Assembly (NCBI GenBank): GCA_900546345.1
Contig: URCI01000007.1
Coordinates: forward strand, 26,311 to 90,310
From: an uncultured Prevotella sp.
GTDB lineage: Bacteria > Bacteroidota > Bacteroidia > Bacteroidales > Bacteroidaceae
Length of the DNA: 64,000 nucleotides
Direction of reading: 5' to 3'
Shown here: positions 50,495 to 59,603 of the stretch, piece by piece
How the letters are laid out: every line of letters starts with the position of its first letter
Numbering within the stretch: position 1 is the first letter of the stretch
Notes under the pieces: model-generated
The model's database searches: none
What the model was told of the DNA's origin: nothing
The model's input: only the letters and a program-made list of their open reading frames with translations
Translations under genes and position numbers: made by a program

Positions 50495-51121
50495 CTACAG
50501 GTTGTCGACATCCTCAGCCGTCGTCTCGATGATGGCGGCAGCAAGACTGTCAGCAGCTTGCACGATGGCGCAGAGCGGATACTCCATGCGCGCGGTGTCG
50601 TAGCAGCGCTCGTCTTCATAGGAGTTGAAGTTCAGCCCGAAAGCACCCATATGCCAGCGGATGGCGCACATCTCGTCGTCGTTGAGCTGCAAACCGCTTA
50701 AGAGCAACAGAATGACGCTTTTCTCGCCATGACCCATCGGGAAGTCTTTGTATGACACATTGTATCCTTCTGCGTCTTCCCACTGTCCGAGTTTATTCTT
50801 CCGTTTCTTGATCGTGCGCTTGTAGATGTCCATTTTGCAGACATCATGGAGCAGGGTAGCGAGGATGATGCTTTCGCGTTTCACTTCACCCATCGAGGCG
50901 GCATCGAGACCTTTCATCCCTTCCCAGATAGCCAGACCGGCGTGGCAGACGTTCAGACTGTGCTCGCACAGACCGCCCGGCACGTTGAGATGATGACCGG
51001 CTGATGCCGGTGCTTCGAAGAAACCTCCTTTTTCCAGGTCTTCGATCACATAGTCGATGCCCTCGCGCTTGGTCTCGCGCAGGAGCGCCTCAAACTCTTC
51101 TTGATTTTTTTGCTTGTCCAT
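50495..51121 (-). CDS. HD-domain protein (YhaM-like HD core)
   Basis: APAS..HH...GGL.EHSL, LLHDVCK, GHG, WHMG, AD. Confidence 0.87.
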   Translation of the reverse strand: MDKQKNQEEFEALLRETKREGIDYVIEDLEKGGFFEAPASAGHHLNVPGGLCEHSLNVCHAGLAIWEGMKGLDAASMGEVKRESIILATLLHDVCKMDIYKRTIKKRKNKLGQWEDAEGYNVSYKDFPMGHGEKSVILLLLSGLQLNDDEMCAIRWHMGAFGLNFNSYEDERCYDTARMEYPLCAIVQAADSLAAAIIETTAEDVDNL

Positions 51122-51367
51122 GATATGATGATATAATGATGGTCGTGATATGCAATGATCACTTTCTCTATTACACTATTGCTAATTCGATTGCAAAATT
51201 ACTAATTTTTTTCTGATCGCAGTCGTGTATCTCTGTCCTTTGCTTGAAGTAAGGTCAAAATAAAGGGCTGGCAAGATTTTGTTTCTTGTCAGCCCATCAC
51301 TATTTCTCAGCCCGTTTCCTTCATAGAAATCTATTCTGGCAACGGACGCGAAGCCAAAGCTTTCTGT

Positions 51368-52846
51368 TTACTCAAATGGGTTCTCTGTTGGGTAGGGCAG
51401 GCTCTTCGGCTGATTGTAAGCTACATCCTGGATGCCCATGTACTTCAGGAAGTTGAAGAGATGCTTGCCGACATGAGAGAAGGCCACGGCGCCGTGGTGA
51501 GGATAGTGCTTCTCGATGAGCACGTGACGATAGAAGCGACCCATCTCAGGAATAGCGAAGATGCCGATGCCACCGAACGAACGTGTCGGCACGTTGAGGA
51601 CCTCGCCCTCAGCGATGTAGGCGCGGAGCACACCTTCGGAGTCGCATTGTACACGATAGAACGTGATGTCGCCCGGAGCAATGTCGCCCTCGAGGGTGCC
51701 ACGGGTGAAGTCTGGCTTGCCGCCATTCTCGAGCAGACGGTTCTGGATCAGCTGATACTTGATGGCACGGCCGGCGCACATCTTGCACGACGGTGTGTTG
51801 CCGCAGTGGAAGCCCATGAAGGTGTCTGTGAGCTTGTAGTTGTACTTGCCGACGATGTCCTCGTCGTAGATGTACTTAGGCACGGAGTTGTTGATGTCGA
51901 GCAAGGTCACGGTGTCATCGCTCAGGCACATGCCGATGTACTCCGACAGGGCGCCATAGATGTCTACCTCGCAGGCTACTGGAATGCCGCGGCTGACCAG
52001 ACGTGAGTTGACATAGCAGGGCTCGAAACCAAACTGGCTTGGGAAGGCGGGCCAGCACTTGTCGGCAAAGGCCACGTACTTGCGTGAGCCCTTGTGCTGC
52101 TCGGCCCAGTCGAGCAAGGTCAGTTCGAACTGTGCCATACGGCGGCTCAGATCGGGATAGTACTTGCCTTCGCCCATCTCGGCGGCCATGTCCTTGCAGA
52201 CACCGTCAATGCGCGGGTCGTTCTCATGTTGCTTGTAAGCCACGAGCAGGTCGAGCTCGGAGTTCTCCTCGATTTCCACGCCCAGCTCGTAAAGTCCCTT
52301 GATAGGAGCGTTGCAGGCGAAGAAGTCTTGTGGACGCGGACCGAAGGTGATGATCTTCAAACCCTTCAGACCGATGACGGCGCGGGCCACAGGCACGAAG
52401 TCTGCGATCATCTTTGCGATGTCGTCGGCGGTTCCCACAGGATAAGCGGGGATATATCCTTTGAGGTGACGCATGGCGAGGTTGTAGCTGCAGTTGAGCA
52501 TACCGCAATAAGCGTCGCCACGGCCGTTGATCATGTCACCGTCGCCTTCTGCGGCAGAGACAAACATGCAAGGACCATGGAACTTCTTGGCGATGAGGGT
52601 CTCGGGGGTCTCCGGACCGAAGTTGCCAAGGAAGACAACGAGGGCGTTGCAGCCTGCCTCTCGGACCTCTTTGATGGCCTTGAGCATATCCTGTTCGTTC
52701 TCCACAGTTGTCGGACAGTCATAGATCTCACCCTTGTAAGCTTTCACGATGTTCTCGCGGCGCTGTGTGGAAAGGGCAATAGGGAAACAGTCACGGCTGA
52801 CGGCGATAATGCCGAGCTTCACCTGAGGAATGTTTGTGCTTTGCAT
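51368..52846 (-). CDS. L-fucose/L-arabinose isomerase family protein
   Basis: NFGPE, RGDAYCG, CEVDIYG, GFHCGN, PHHGAV. Confidence 0.82.
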   Translation of the reverse strand: MQSTNIPQVKLGIIAVSRDCFPIALSTQRRENIVKAYKGEIYDCPTTVENEQDMLKAIKEVREAGCNALVVFLGNFGPETPETLIAKKFHGPCMFVSAAEGDGDMINGRGDAYCGMLNCSYNLAMRHLKGYIPAYPVGTADDIAKMIADFVPVARAVIGLKGLKIITFGPRPQDFFACNAPIKGLYELGVEIEENSELDLLVAYKQHENDPRIDGVCKDMAAEMGEGKYYPDLSRRMAQFELTLLDWAEQHKGSRKYVAFADKCWPAFPSQFGFEPCYVNSRLVSRGIPVACEVDIYGALSEYIGMCLSDDTVTLLDINNSVPKYIYDEDIVGKYNYKLTDTFMGFHCGNTPSCKMCAGRAIKYQLIQNRLLENGGKPDFTRGTLEGDIAPGDITFYRVQCDSEGVLRAYIAEGEVLNVPTRSFGGIGIFAIPEMGRFYRHVLIEKHYPHHGAVAFSHVGKHLFNFLKYMGIQDVAYNQPKSLPYPTENPFE

Positions 52847-53040
52847 AATCTTTTTGTTTAGTTGATTTTGGTGTTATTAGTTGTTGTCTTTGATTTCTAT
52901 TATATATTGAAAGCAGTTTTTGCTTATCGGTGACAAAGATACACTTTTTCTTTGTAACGACAAAGGGATGAGATAAAAGAAAAAGTTTTTGAAACATTAT
53001 ATAAGATTCTAGCCTCCAAATATAATATTCCTTTCACAAA

Positions 53041-53076
53041 AAGAGGCGTGTCCTTTCCTTAGGGGACACGCCTCTT
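53041..53076 (-). terminator. intrinsic terminator after the GH13 gene
   Basis: AAGAGGCGTGTCC / GGACACGCCTCTT stem with a T tail on the minus strand. Confidence 0.75.
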
Positions 53077-53239
53077 ATATATATATAATAAGGTGTAGAG
53101 CAGGCTTGGCCTTCGTAGCAGTCGGTGACAGCCTGTGGACCGTCTGTGACTGCTTATGGCTTTCCGTGACTGCTCATGGCCTTCCATGACTGTTAGTTGT
53201 TGTCTGTAACGGTCTGTGGCCGCCTGTGTGGCTTACACC

Positions 53240-55390
53240 TTACGGGATGACCTTGAAGCGGATGCGGAAGGTGTGGGTCTGCTCGTCCCAGTTGGTGCCT
53301 AAAATCTCGAAGCGGCCAATCTGCGACGTGGAGCGCACGTGCTTGCCAATGCATGGACAGACATCGAAATCGCCGATGTGTACCAGACGGATGGTTTGGG
53401 AGGCATCTTCAGGCAGACGGTCGAGTTTGACACCTTGCGGCACGTGGTTGCGGTCCACATCTTCGTAAGTGACCGGCAGATCTTCCTCGATGAGCTCATT
53501 CATCTTGTCTCCGATGGCCTTTTCCTCCTGTCGTGAGGGCTTGTGGTCGAGGTGATAACTGATCTTGCTTTTCTTTCGCTCGATATGGGCGTTGCGTGAG
53601 CGTTCGCAGCCAAACATGCGGATCATGACCTGGTTGAGGAGATGCTCGGCTGTATGAGCCGGCGGGAACTCATCCTTGTTATGGACATTGAGCAGATAAG
53701 GAGTCTCTTCCATCTTGATACTGAATTTATAGATACGCCCTGTGTAGGGCCTGAGATCCATGTCGACGGCGCCGTCCTTCTTCAAGTCTATGTTCATCTC
53801 CTGACCTGTGAGCAGGTCAAAGGCTCGCACCTCCTTTTCCGGTAACCCAAGGAAGTCAAAGGCGTGGGCCGGAAGATTCACGCTGGTGTTGATGCGGTCG
53901 GCTCCGAAGTTGACAACGACAAGGAGTACCTCGTCTTCAAACTTGCGCAGGAAGGCAAACTCATGGCGGGGATTGAACTTCCAGGTCTGTGGATTGACAT
54001 ACATCAGATCAAAGAAAGCTCCCTCCCGCACGGCCGATTCGCGGTTGGCGATATGGAGAATTTGCTGATATTTCAGTTGCAGATGCAGCTCATCGGGTGT
54101 CAGATGACGACGATCGAAGTAACCGCGACGTATCGTGTCTACGCACCAATAGTCGAAAATCGTCGTGCGGCCATCACGTCCCGAGAAGCCTTCTGCGTCC
54201 ATACCACGCTCGCCAAACTCTTGTCCGGAGTAGACCATGAAAGGATTGCACCCCATCAGTGCGGCTACGATGACGGCGGGCACGGCTTTCGCACCATTGC
54301 CACAGAAGAAGTCGCTGGCAATGCGCTGCTCATCATGGTTCTCCAGGAAGTAGAGCATATGCTGGCGGATATCATCCACATGCTGCCAGTAATAGGTGAT
54401 GCTGCTTGCCGGACGGCGGTCGCAGATGACATCACGCAGACAGTCGTACATGCCCACCTTGTCATAAAGGTAGTCAAAGCCCGACTGGATATAGTTGCGA
54501 TACTGGTTGGTGTCATAGACTTCACCGATGAAGATGATGCGCGGGTAGCGTTCTTTGACGATGCGGGTTGCATATGCCCAAAAGGCGGTCGGCACCATCT
54601 CAGCCATATCACAGCGGAAACCATCGATGTTTTTGGAAGCCCAATAGAGCAAAATATCGGTCATCTTTACCCATGTGCTCGGTACGGGATCGAAGTGGTA
54701 GCTGCGTCCGCCGGCATCACAGTAGTCGATACCATAGTTGAGTTTCACCGTCTCGTACCAGTCGTTGCGCCCCGGACAGTTGTCGAAGCGGTCGTTGCCG
54801 GTGCACTTGGCTGGATTTTCCACGTAGGGCTCTTCACCTTCTTTGGGCTGTACGGGTGAGACAAACGGCTGGCCCGGACAATAATAGAAGTTGTTGTTGG
54901 GGGAGAAATGCTTTCCCTTGTCGTCGTCTTCACCGAGATCGCGCACGCCCTCAGGCTTCCTGATCGAATGATATTCACGCGCCACATGATTTGGCACAAA
55001 GTCGATGATGACCTTCATGCCGGCCTGATGCGTACGATCCACGAGTTGGTCAAACTCTGTCAACCGCTGGTCGATGTCGTCGGCAAGGTCCGGGTCGATG
55101 TCGTAGTAGTCAGTGATGGCATAAGGCGATCCTGCCACACCCTTCACCACGGAAGGATGCTGGCGCGGTATGCCATGCTTGCTGTAGTCTGTCGCCGTTG
55201 CATGGCGGATCACTCCTGTGTACCACACGTGAGTAAAACCCATGTCGTGGATGCGGCGCAGGCGTTCTGCGTCGAAGTCGCTCATCTTCCCCGTCCCGTT
55301 GACCCGTAGCGTGCCGTTGGGAATCCGTGCTGTGTTGCGGTTGCCAAAGAGGCGGGTGAAGACTTGATAGATGATTATCTTTCTCTTCAT
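53240..55390 (-). CDS. GH13 alpha-amylase-family hydrolase fused to a C-terminal AlaX/tRNA_SAD-like editing domain (53240-53713)
   Basis: DFVPNH, GFRCDMAE, IGEVY, ENHD; then HTAEH...CIGKH zinc motif. Confidence 0.88.
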   Translation of the reverse strand: MKRKIIIYQVFTRLFGNRNTARIPNGTLRVNGTGKMSDFDAERLRRIHDMGFTHVWYTGVIRHATATDYSKHGIPRQHPSVVKGVAGSPYAITDYYDIDPDLADDIDQRLTEFDQLVDRTHQAGMKVIIDFVPNHVAREYHSIRKPEGVRDLGEDDDKGKHFSPNNNFYYCPGQPFVSPVQPKEGEEPYVENPAKCTGNDRFDNCPGRNDWYETVKLNYGIDYCDAGGRSYHFDPVPSTWVKMTDILLYWASKNIDGFRCDMAEMVPTAFWAYATRIVKERYPRIIFIGEVYDTNQYRNYIQSGFDYLYDKVGMYDCLRDVICDRRPASSITYYWQHVDDIRQHMLYFLENHDEQRIASDFFCGNGAKAVPAVIVAALMGCNPFMVYSGQEFGERGMDAEGFSGRDGRTTIFDYWCVDTIRRGYFDRRHLTPDELHLQLKYQQILHIANRESAVREGAFFDLMYVNPQTWKFNPRHEFAFLRKFEDEVLLVVVNFGADRINTSVNLPAHAFDFLGLPEKEVRAFDLLTGQEMNIDLKKDGAVDMDLRPYTGRIYKFSIKMEETPYLLNVHNKDEFPPAHTAEHLLNQVMIRMFGCERSRNAHIERKKSKISYHLDHKPSRQEEKAIGDKMNELIEEDLPVTYEDVDRNHVPQGVKLDRLPEDASQTIRLVHIGDFDVCPCIGKHVRSTSQIGRFEILGTNWDEQTHTFRIRFKVIP

Positions 55391-55421
55391 TCTATCATTT
55401 GCGTTTCACTCTGTCCGATGC

Positions 55422-56309
55422 TTACTCGATGCCGTGGGCATTGACAGTTTTGTCGATACGTGCGATCATGCCGCGCAGAGCCTTGCCGGGACCGCACTCA
55501 ATGAACTCGTCAGCTCCATCGGCAATCATGTTTTGCACAGAAGCTGTCCAGCGCACTGAGCTGGTGAGCTGAGCGATGAGGTTCTGCTTGATTTCCTCAG
55601 GATCGGTATGCGGTTTTGCGTCGACATTCTGATAGACGGGGCATACGGGCTTAGCAAACTGCGTCTTCTCAATAGCGGCTTGCAGTTCTTCCTTAGCAGG
55701 CTGCATGAGAGGAGAGTGGAAAGCGCCTCCGACCTTCAGGGGCAGTGCACGCTTGGCACCGGCAGCCTTCAGTTTCTCACAAGCCTCAAGGATGCCTTCC
55801 TGGTCGCCGGATATGACGAGCTGACCCGGACAGTTGAAGTTGGCTGGCACGACGGTGTGGCCTTCCTTGCTCACTTCAGCGCAGACCTCCTCAACCTTCT
55901 CGTCGGGGAGAGCGATGATGGCGGCCATTGTGCCGGGATTGGCCTCGCAGGCTTTCTGCATGGCATTGGCACGGGCAGCGACGAGACGCAGGCCATCCTC
56001 AAAGTTCAGGGCACCGGCAGCGACAAGTGCAGAGAACTCACCCAGAGAGTGGCCGGCCACCATGGCGGGCTTGAAGTTGTCGCCCAGGCACAGTGCAGAG
56101 ATCACGCTATGAAGGAAGACGGCAGGCTGTGTGACCTTGGTCTCCTTGAGTTGCTCGTCAGTGCCGGCGAACATCACATCCGTGATTTTGAAACCGAGTA
56201 TCTCGGCAGCCTGGTCAAAGAGTTTCTTGGCTAATGCGTTGTTATCGTAGAGGTCTTTACCCATGCCTACGAACTGTGAACCCTGTCCGGGAAATACAAA
56301 TGCTTTCAT
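55422..56309 (-). CDS. fabD: malonyl-CoA-ACP transacylase
   Basis: FPGQGSQ, GHSLGE, GAFHS. Confidence 0.97.
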   Translation of the reverse strand: MKAFVFPGQGSQFVGMGKDLYDNNALAKKLFDQAAEILGFKITDVMFAGTDEQLKETKVTQPAVFLHSVISALCLGDNFKPAMVAGHSLGEFSALVAAGALNFEDGLRLVAARANAMQKACEANPGTMAAIIALPDEKVEEVCAEVSKEGHTVVPANFNCPGQLVISGDQEGILEACEKLKAAGAKRALPLKVGGAFHSPLMQPAKEELQAAIEKTQFAKPVCPVYQNVDAKPHTDPEEIKQNLIAQLTSSVRWTASVQNMIADGADEFIECGPGKALRGMIARIDKTVNAHGIE

Positions 56310-56576
56310 TTTCTTATTGATAAAAATTTATTTCTTATTGATGTGACGGTGCAACAGGGGGTGATGTCTTCGTGCTTGGTTTAAGCATCTATCAAGGTGT
56401 CTTGCCGTCTTACATACTGAGAATGGTACGCTTTGATGCGTCGTAATTGCAAATTTACGGAAAAATAATTAGACACAGAAGATTCACGGCTAAAAAGTTG
56501 ATCACCTTAACCGTATTTACCACTTCATCGTATGCCGGCGAGGCACTACGTTGGTTTTTGCTTCTGTCTGTCGCGT

Positions 56577-56771
56577 TTATGGTTCTTCCGGCATGCAGAT
56601 GCAGAGAATGATGTAGGCAATGATGCCGGAGAAAGCTGTGCACAGGGTGAGCAACAGATAGACCAGTCTGACGATGGCGGGATCCCAGCCGAAGTAATTG
56701 GCGATGCCGCCGCAGACACCAGCCAGCCAGCGGTCGTTTCTCGACCGTGTCAATCGTTTCTTTGTTTCCAT
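56577..56771 (-). CDS. PspC-domain protein
   Basis: LTRS...LAGVCGGIA.YF. Confidence 0.9.
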   Translation of the reverse strand: METKKRLTRSRNDRWLAGVCGGIANYFGWDPAIVRLVYLLLTLCTAFSGIIAYIILCICMPEEP

Positions 56772-56881
56772 AAGCTAATGAACAAAAAATCCCCACCACA
56801 TATTCTGCGGCAGGGACTGATATAGATTTGCTTTACAGTTCAAAAGTTTATATTTCCATTCTCGGCGAGCCCTTTAGCAGA

Positions 56882-57436
56882 TTACTCTGCTGCGGGAGCC
56901 TCGTTCTCGGCGTTGTCAGCCTCGGGAGCGTCAGCCTCCTCAGCCTTAGGAGCCTCCTTCTTCGGTGCTTCCTCAGCGGGAGCAGCCACAGGCTGGTTCT
57001 CAGCGACAACCTTTACAGGCACCTTTACCTCAACCTCCTTGTGGAAGTGAACAGTAGCCTCAAAGTCACCTACCTTGCGAGCTTCACGCATGGTGATGAT
57101 CTTGCGGTCGATGTCGATGCCCAACTTGGCGAGCTCTTCAGCAACCTTAGCAGGACCGACAGATCCATAGAGGTGGCCTGTAGCGGCGACCTTAGCTGTG
57201 ATGACGAGCTGAACGTCCTTCAGAGCCTCAGCGCGCTTCTCGGCGTCGGCCTTCAGAGCGGCGAGCTTAGCAGCCTGCTGCTTGAGGTTTTCGGCGAGCT
57301 GCTTGCGTGCGCTTGCAGAAGCGATAACGCCCTTGCCTGTAGGAATCAGATAGTTGCGGCCATAGCCGTCCTTAACCTTCACGATATCGTTCTTGTATCC
57401 AAGTCCGATAATATCTTCTTTCAGTATGATTTCCAT
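56882..57436 (-). CDS. rplI: 50S ribosomal protein L9
   Basis: VKDGYGRNYLIP, LYGSV; acidic tail. Confidence 0.97.
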   Translation of the reverse strand: MEIILKEDIIGLGYKNDIVKVKDGYGRNYLIPTGKGVIASASARKQLAENLKQQAAKLAALKADAEKRAEALKDVQLVITAKVAATGHLYGSVGPAKVAEELAKLGIDIDRKIITMREARKVGDFEATVHFHKEVEVKVPVKVVAENQPVAAPAEEAPKKEAPKAEEADAPEADNAENEAPAAE

Positions 57437-57455
57437 ATCTTCTGCTCCTCCTTAA

Positions 57456-57728
57456 TTACTTCATCAAATCGGTTACATAAGGCAGCAGCGCGATCTGGCG
57501 TGCACGCTTCACGGCCTGAGCCACACGGCGCTGGTACTTCAGAGAGGTGCCGGTGATGCGGCGCGGCAGGATCTTGCCCTGCTCGTTGAGGAACTTCTTC
57601 AAGAACTCGGGGTCCTTGTAGTCGATATACTTAATGCCACTCTTCTTGAAACGGCAGTACTTCTTCTTCTTCGTATCAATAGAAGGAGCGGTCAAATAAC
57701 GGATTTCTGATTTCTTCTGATCTGCCAT
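57456..57728 (-). CDS. rpsR: 30S ribosomal protein S18
   Basis: [15 protein letters not shown]. Confidence 0.98.
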   Translation of the reverse strand: MADQKKSEIRYLTAPSIDTKKKKYCRFKKSGIKYIDYKDPEFLKKFLNEQGKILPRRITGTSLKYQRRVAQAVKRARQIALLPYVTDLMK

Positions 57729-57730
57729 AG

Positions 57731-58075
57731 TTATGCCTCCACTTTGTTATTCCACTTAGCTTTGCGCTTCTCGGCATAAGCCACAGCGTACTTGTCAAGT
57801 TTCACAGTGATAAAACGAATCACCTTCTCATCGCGGCGATAGCCGGTCTCGAGGGTGTTAACAACAGAAGGCTCAGCTTTGAACTGCAACAGGCAATAGA
57901 AACCTGTCGACTTCTTGTCGATTGCATAAGCCATCTTCTTCAGTCCCCAGGCCTCTTCGTTCACAATCTCAGCACCCTTGTCGGTGAGCAGCTTTTTGAA
58001 CTTAGCGACCGTTTCCTTCATCTGTTCATCAGACAAAACGGGAGTCAAAATGAAAACGGTTTCGTATTGATTCAT
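57731..58075 (-). CDS. rpsF: 30S ribosomal protein S6
   Basis: [15 protein letters not shown]. Confidence 0.97.
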   Translation of the reverse strand: MNQYETVFILTPVLSDEQMKETVAKFKKLLTDKGAEIVNEEAWGLKKMAYAIDKKSTGFYCLLQFKAEPSVVNTLETGYRRDEKVIRFITVKLDKYAVAYAEKRKAKWNNKVEA

Positions 58076-58269
58076 ACTACTTTGTTGATAATTAAAATGT
58101 TATTTTGCAAAATGCGAGTGCAAAGGTACGACTTTTATTTGTGATAAGAAGGTGTAAGAAGTGTCTTTTTCTTCTTTTTAACATTAATTGCCTTGCTCAT
58201 ACGATAAAGCTGCGACAATAATTCGTAATTTTGCAGGCGACAAACAGAAAACTTAGCAATACAAAGATT

Positions 58270-58596
58270 ATGTCCGAGTTGCAGCAAGATGATCATATAT
58301 TAGTAGAAGGGAAGGAGAAAGCTCAGAATCAGCAAGTCTCGTCTTTCTCCCATCAAGCTTCGCCGAGCGCTCGTCGTCGTGGCAGTGCATTGCGTCGCTT
58401 CTTCTCAAGGGTGAGGGGTGTCGCCGGTCGCTTATGGCCTCATGTACGTCCTGTGGTGGGCATTCCTCTTATATATATTGGTGTGGTGTTGATGGTAGTC
58501 TTTTATTTCACCAACCTCACCAACTACAATCTCCTTCTTTTCCTACCTCTGCTGCTGATCACCGTCGGCATCATTGGCAGTGTTGCTTTGAAATAA
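58270..58596 (+). CDS. hypothetical small protein with two C-terminal TM helices
   Basis: -7 motif TAATTTTG at about 58226, ATG 58270, hairpin right after the stop. Confidence 0.6.
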   Translation: MSELQQDDHILVEGKEKAQNQQVSSFSHQASPSARRRGSALRRFFSRVRGVAGRLWPHVRPVVGIPLIYIGVVLMVVFYFTNLTNYNLLLFLPLLLITVGIIGSVALK

Positions 58597-58597
58597 C

Positions 58598-58648
58598 AAT
58601 ACCCCCACAATACCATTTTCGTTCATTCTTCGGTATTGTGGGGGTATT
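58598..58648. terminator. 17-bp inverted repeat between convergent genes
   Basis: AATACCCCCACAATACC / GGTATTGTGGGGGTATT. Confidence 0.7.
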
Positions 58649-58815
58649 ATTAGTTATTGCAGGGGTTACCACGCTATTGCAGCTACTACTTTCGGAATGC
58701 CTATGGCATACTTTGTATTTCATGAACTACTTTCGGTACGCGCTTGGTATTGCTGTGGTATCGCATTTCCCCTCTCTCCCTCCAGGGAGAGAGGGGGTAG
58801 GGGTAAGAGAGTCAT

Positions 58816-59514
58816 TTAATCCTCTTCCGGCACGATGAGCTTATATCCCTGTCCGTGAATGTTGATGATTTCGATCTGGTCATCAGCCTTGAGGTGCTTA
58901 CGCAACTTGGTGATATACACGTCCATAGATCGTGCATTGAAGTAGTTGTCGTCGATCCAGATGGTGCGCAGCGCGTCGTTGCGCTTGAGGATCTCGTTGG
59001 CATGAGAGCAGAGCAGCGCCAGGAGTTCGTTCTCCTTGGTGGTGAGCTTGGTCGACTTGCCGTCGATGGTGAGCAGTTGCTTCTGAGTGTCGAAGGTGAA
59101 GCGGCCGATTTTGTACATTGTGCTCTCGCGGTTTTTCTTGCCGCGGACACGGCGTAGGATAGCTTCCACACGCTTGACGAGCTCTTCCATGGAGAAGGGT
59201 TTGGTGATGTAGTCATCGGCGCCCTTGTCAAAGCCTTCCAGCACGTCTTCCTTCTGAACGCGGGCAGTGAGGAAGATGATAGGCACCTGGGAGTTCATCT
59301 GACGGATGTCCTGGGCCAGTGTGAAGCCGTCTTTCTTAGGCATCATCACGTCGAGGATGCAGATGTCGAATTTTTCTTTCTGGAACTCTTTGAAGCCAGC
59401 CTCTCCGTCGGGGCAGAGTGTGGCGTCATAGCCTTTGGCAATGAGGTATTCGCAGAGCAGCGTTCCGAGGTTCTCATCATCTTCGCAAAGCAGAATCTTA
59501 ACTTTTTCTTCCAT
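58816..59514 (-). CDS. rprY: OmpR-family response regulator RprY
   Basis: EDDENLG, DVMMPKKDG, RSMDVYITKLRK; located near rpsF. Confidence 0.9.
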   Translation of the reverse strand: MEEKVKILLCEDDENLGTLLCEYLIAKGYDATLCPDGEAGFKEFQKEKFDICILDVMMPKKDGFTLAQDIRQMNSQVPIIFLTARVQKEDVLEGFDKGADDYITKPFSMEELVKRVEAILRRVRGKKNRESTMYKIGRFTFDTQKQLLTIDGKSTKLTTKENELLALLCSHANEILKRNDALRTIWIDDNYFNARSMDVYITKLRKHLKADDQIEIINIHGQGYKLIVPEED

Positions 59515-59603
59515 AGTCGTATCTATTTAATTGTTGTATTATTATTCTTTTTGATGTCTTTGTCCACACCTTATTATATATAAGAGCGGTGCACTTCGTG
59601 GTT

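Noticed and set aside
56310..56450. Structured leader RNA upstream of fabD
   Set aside because: Only weak pairing is visible and it matches no family I recognise.
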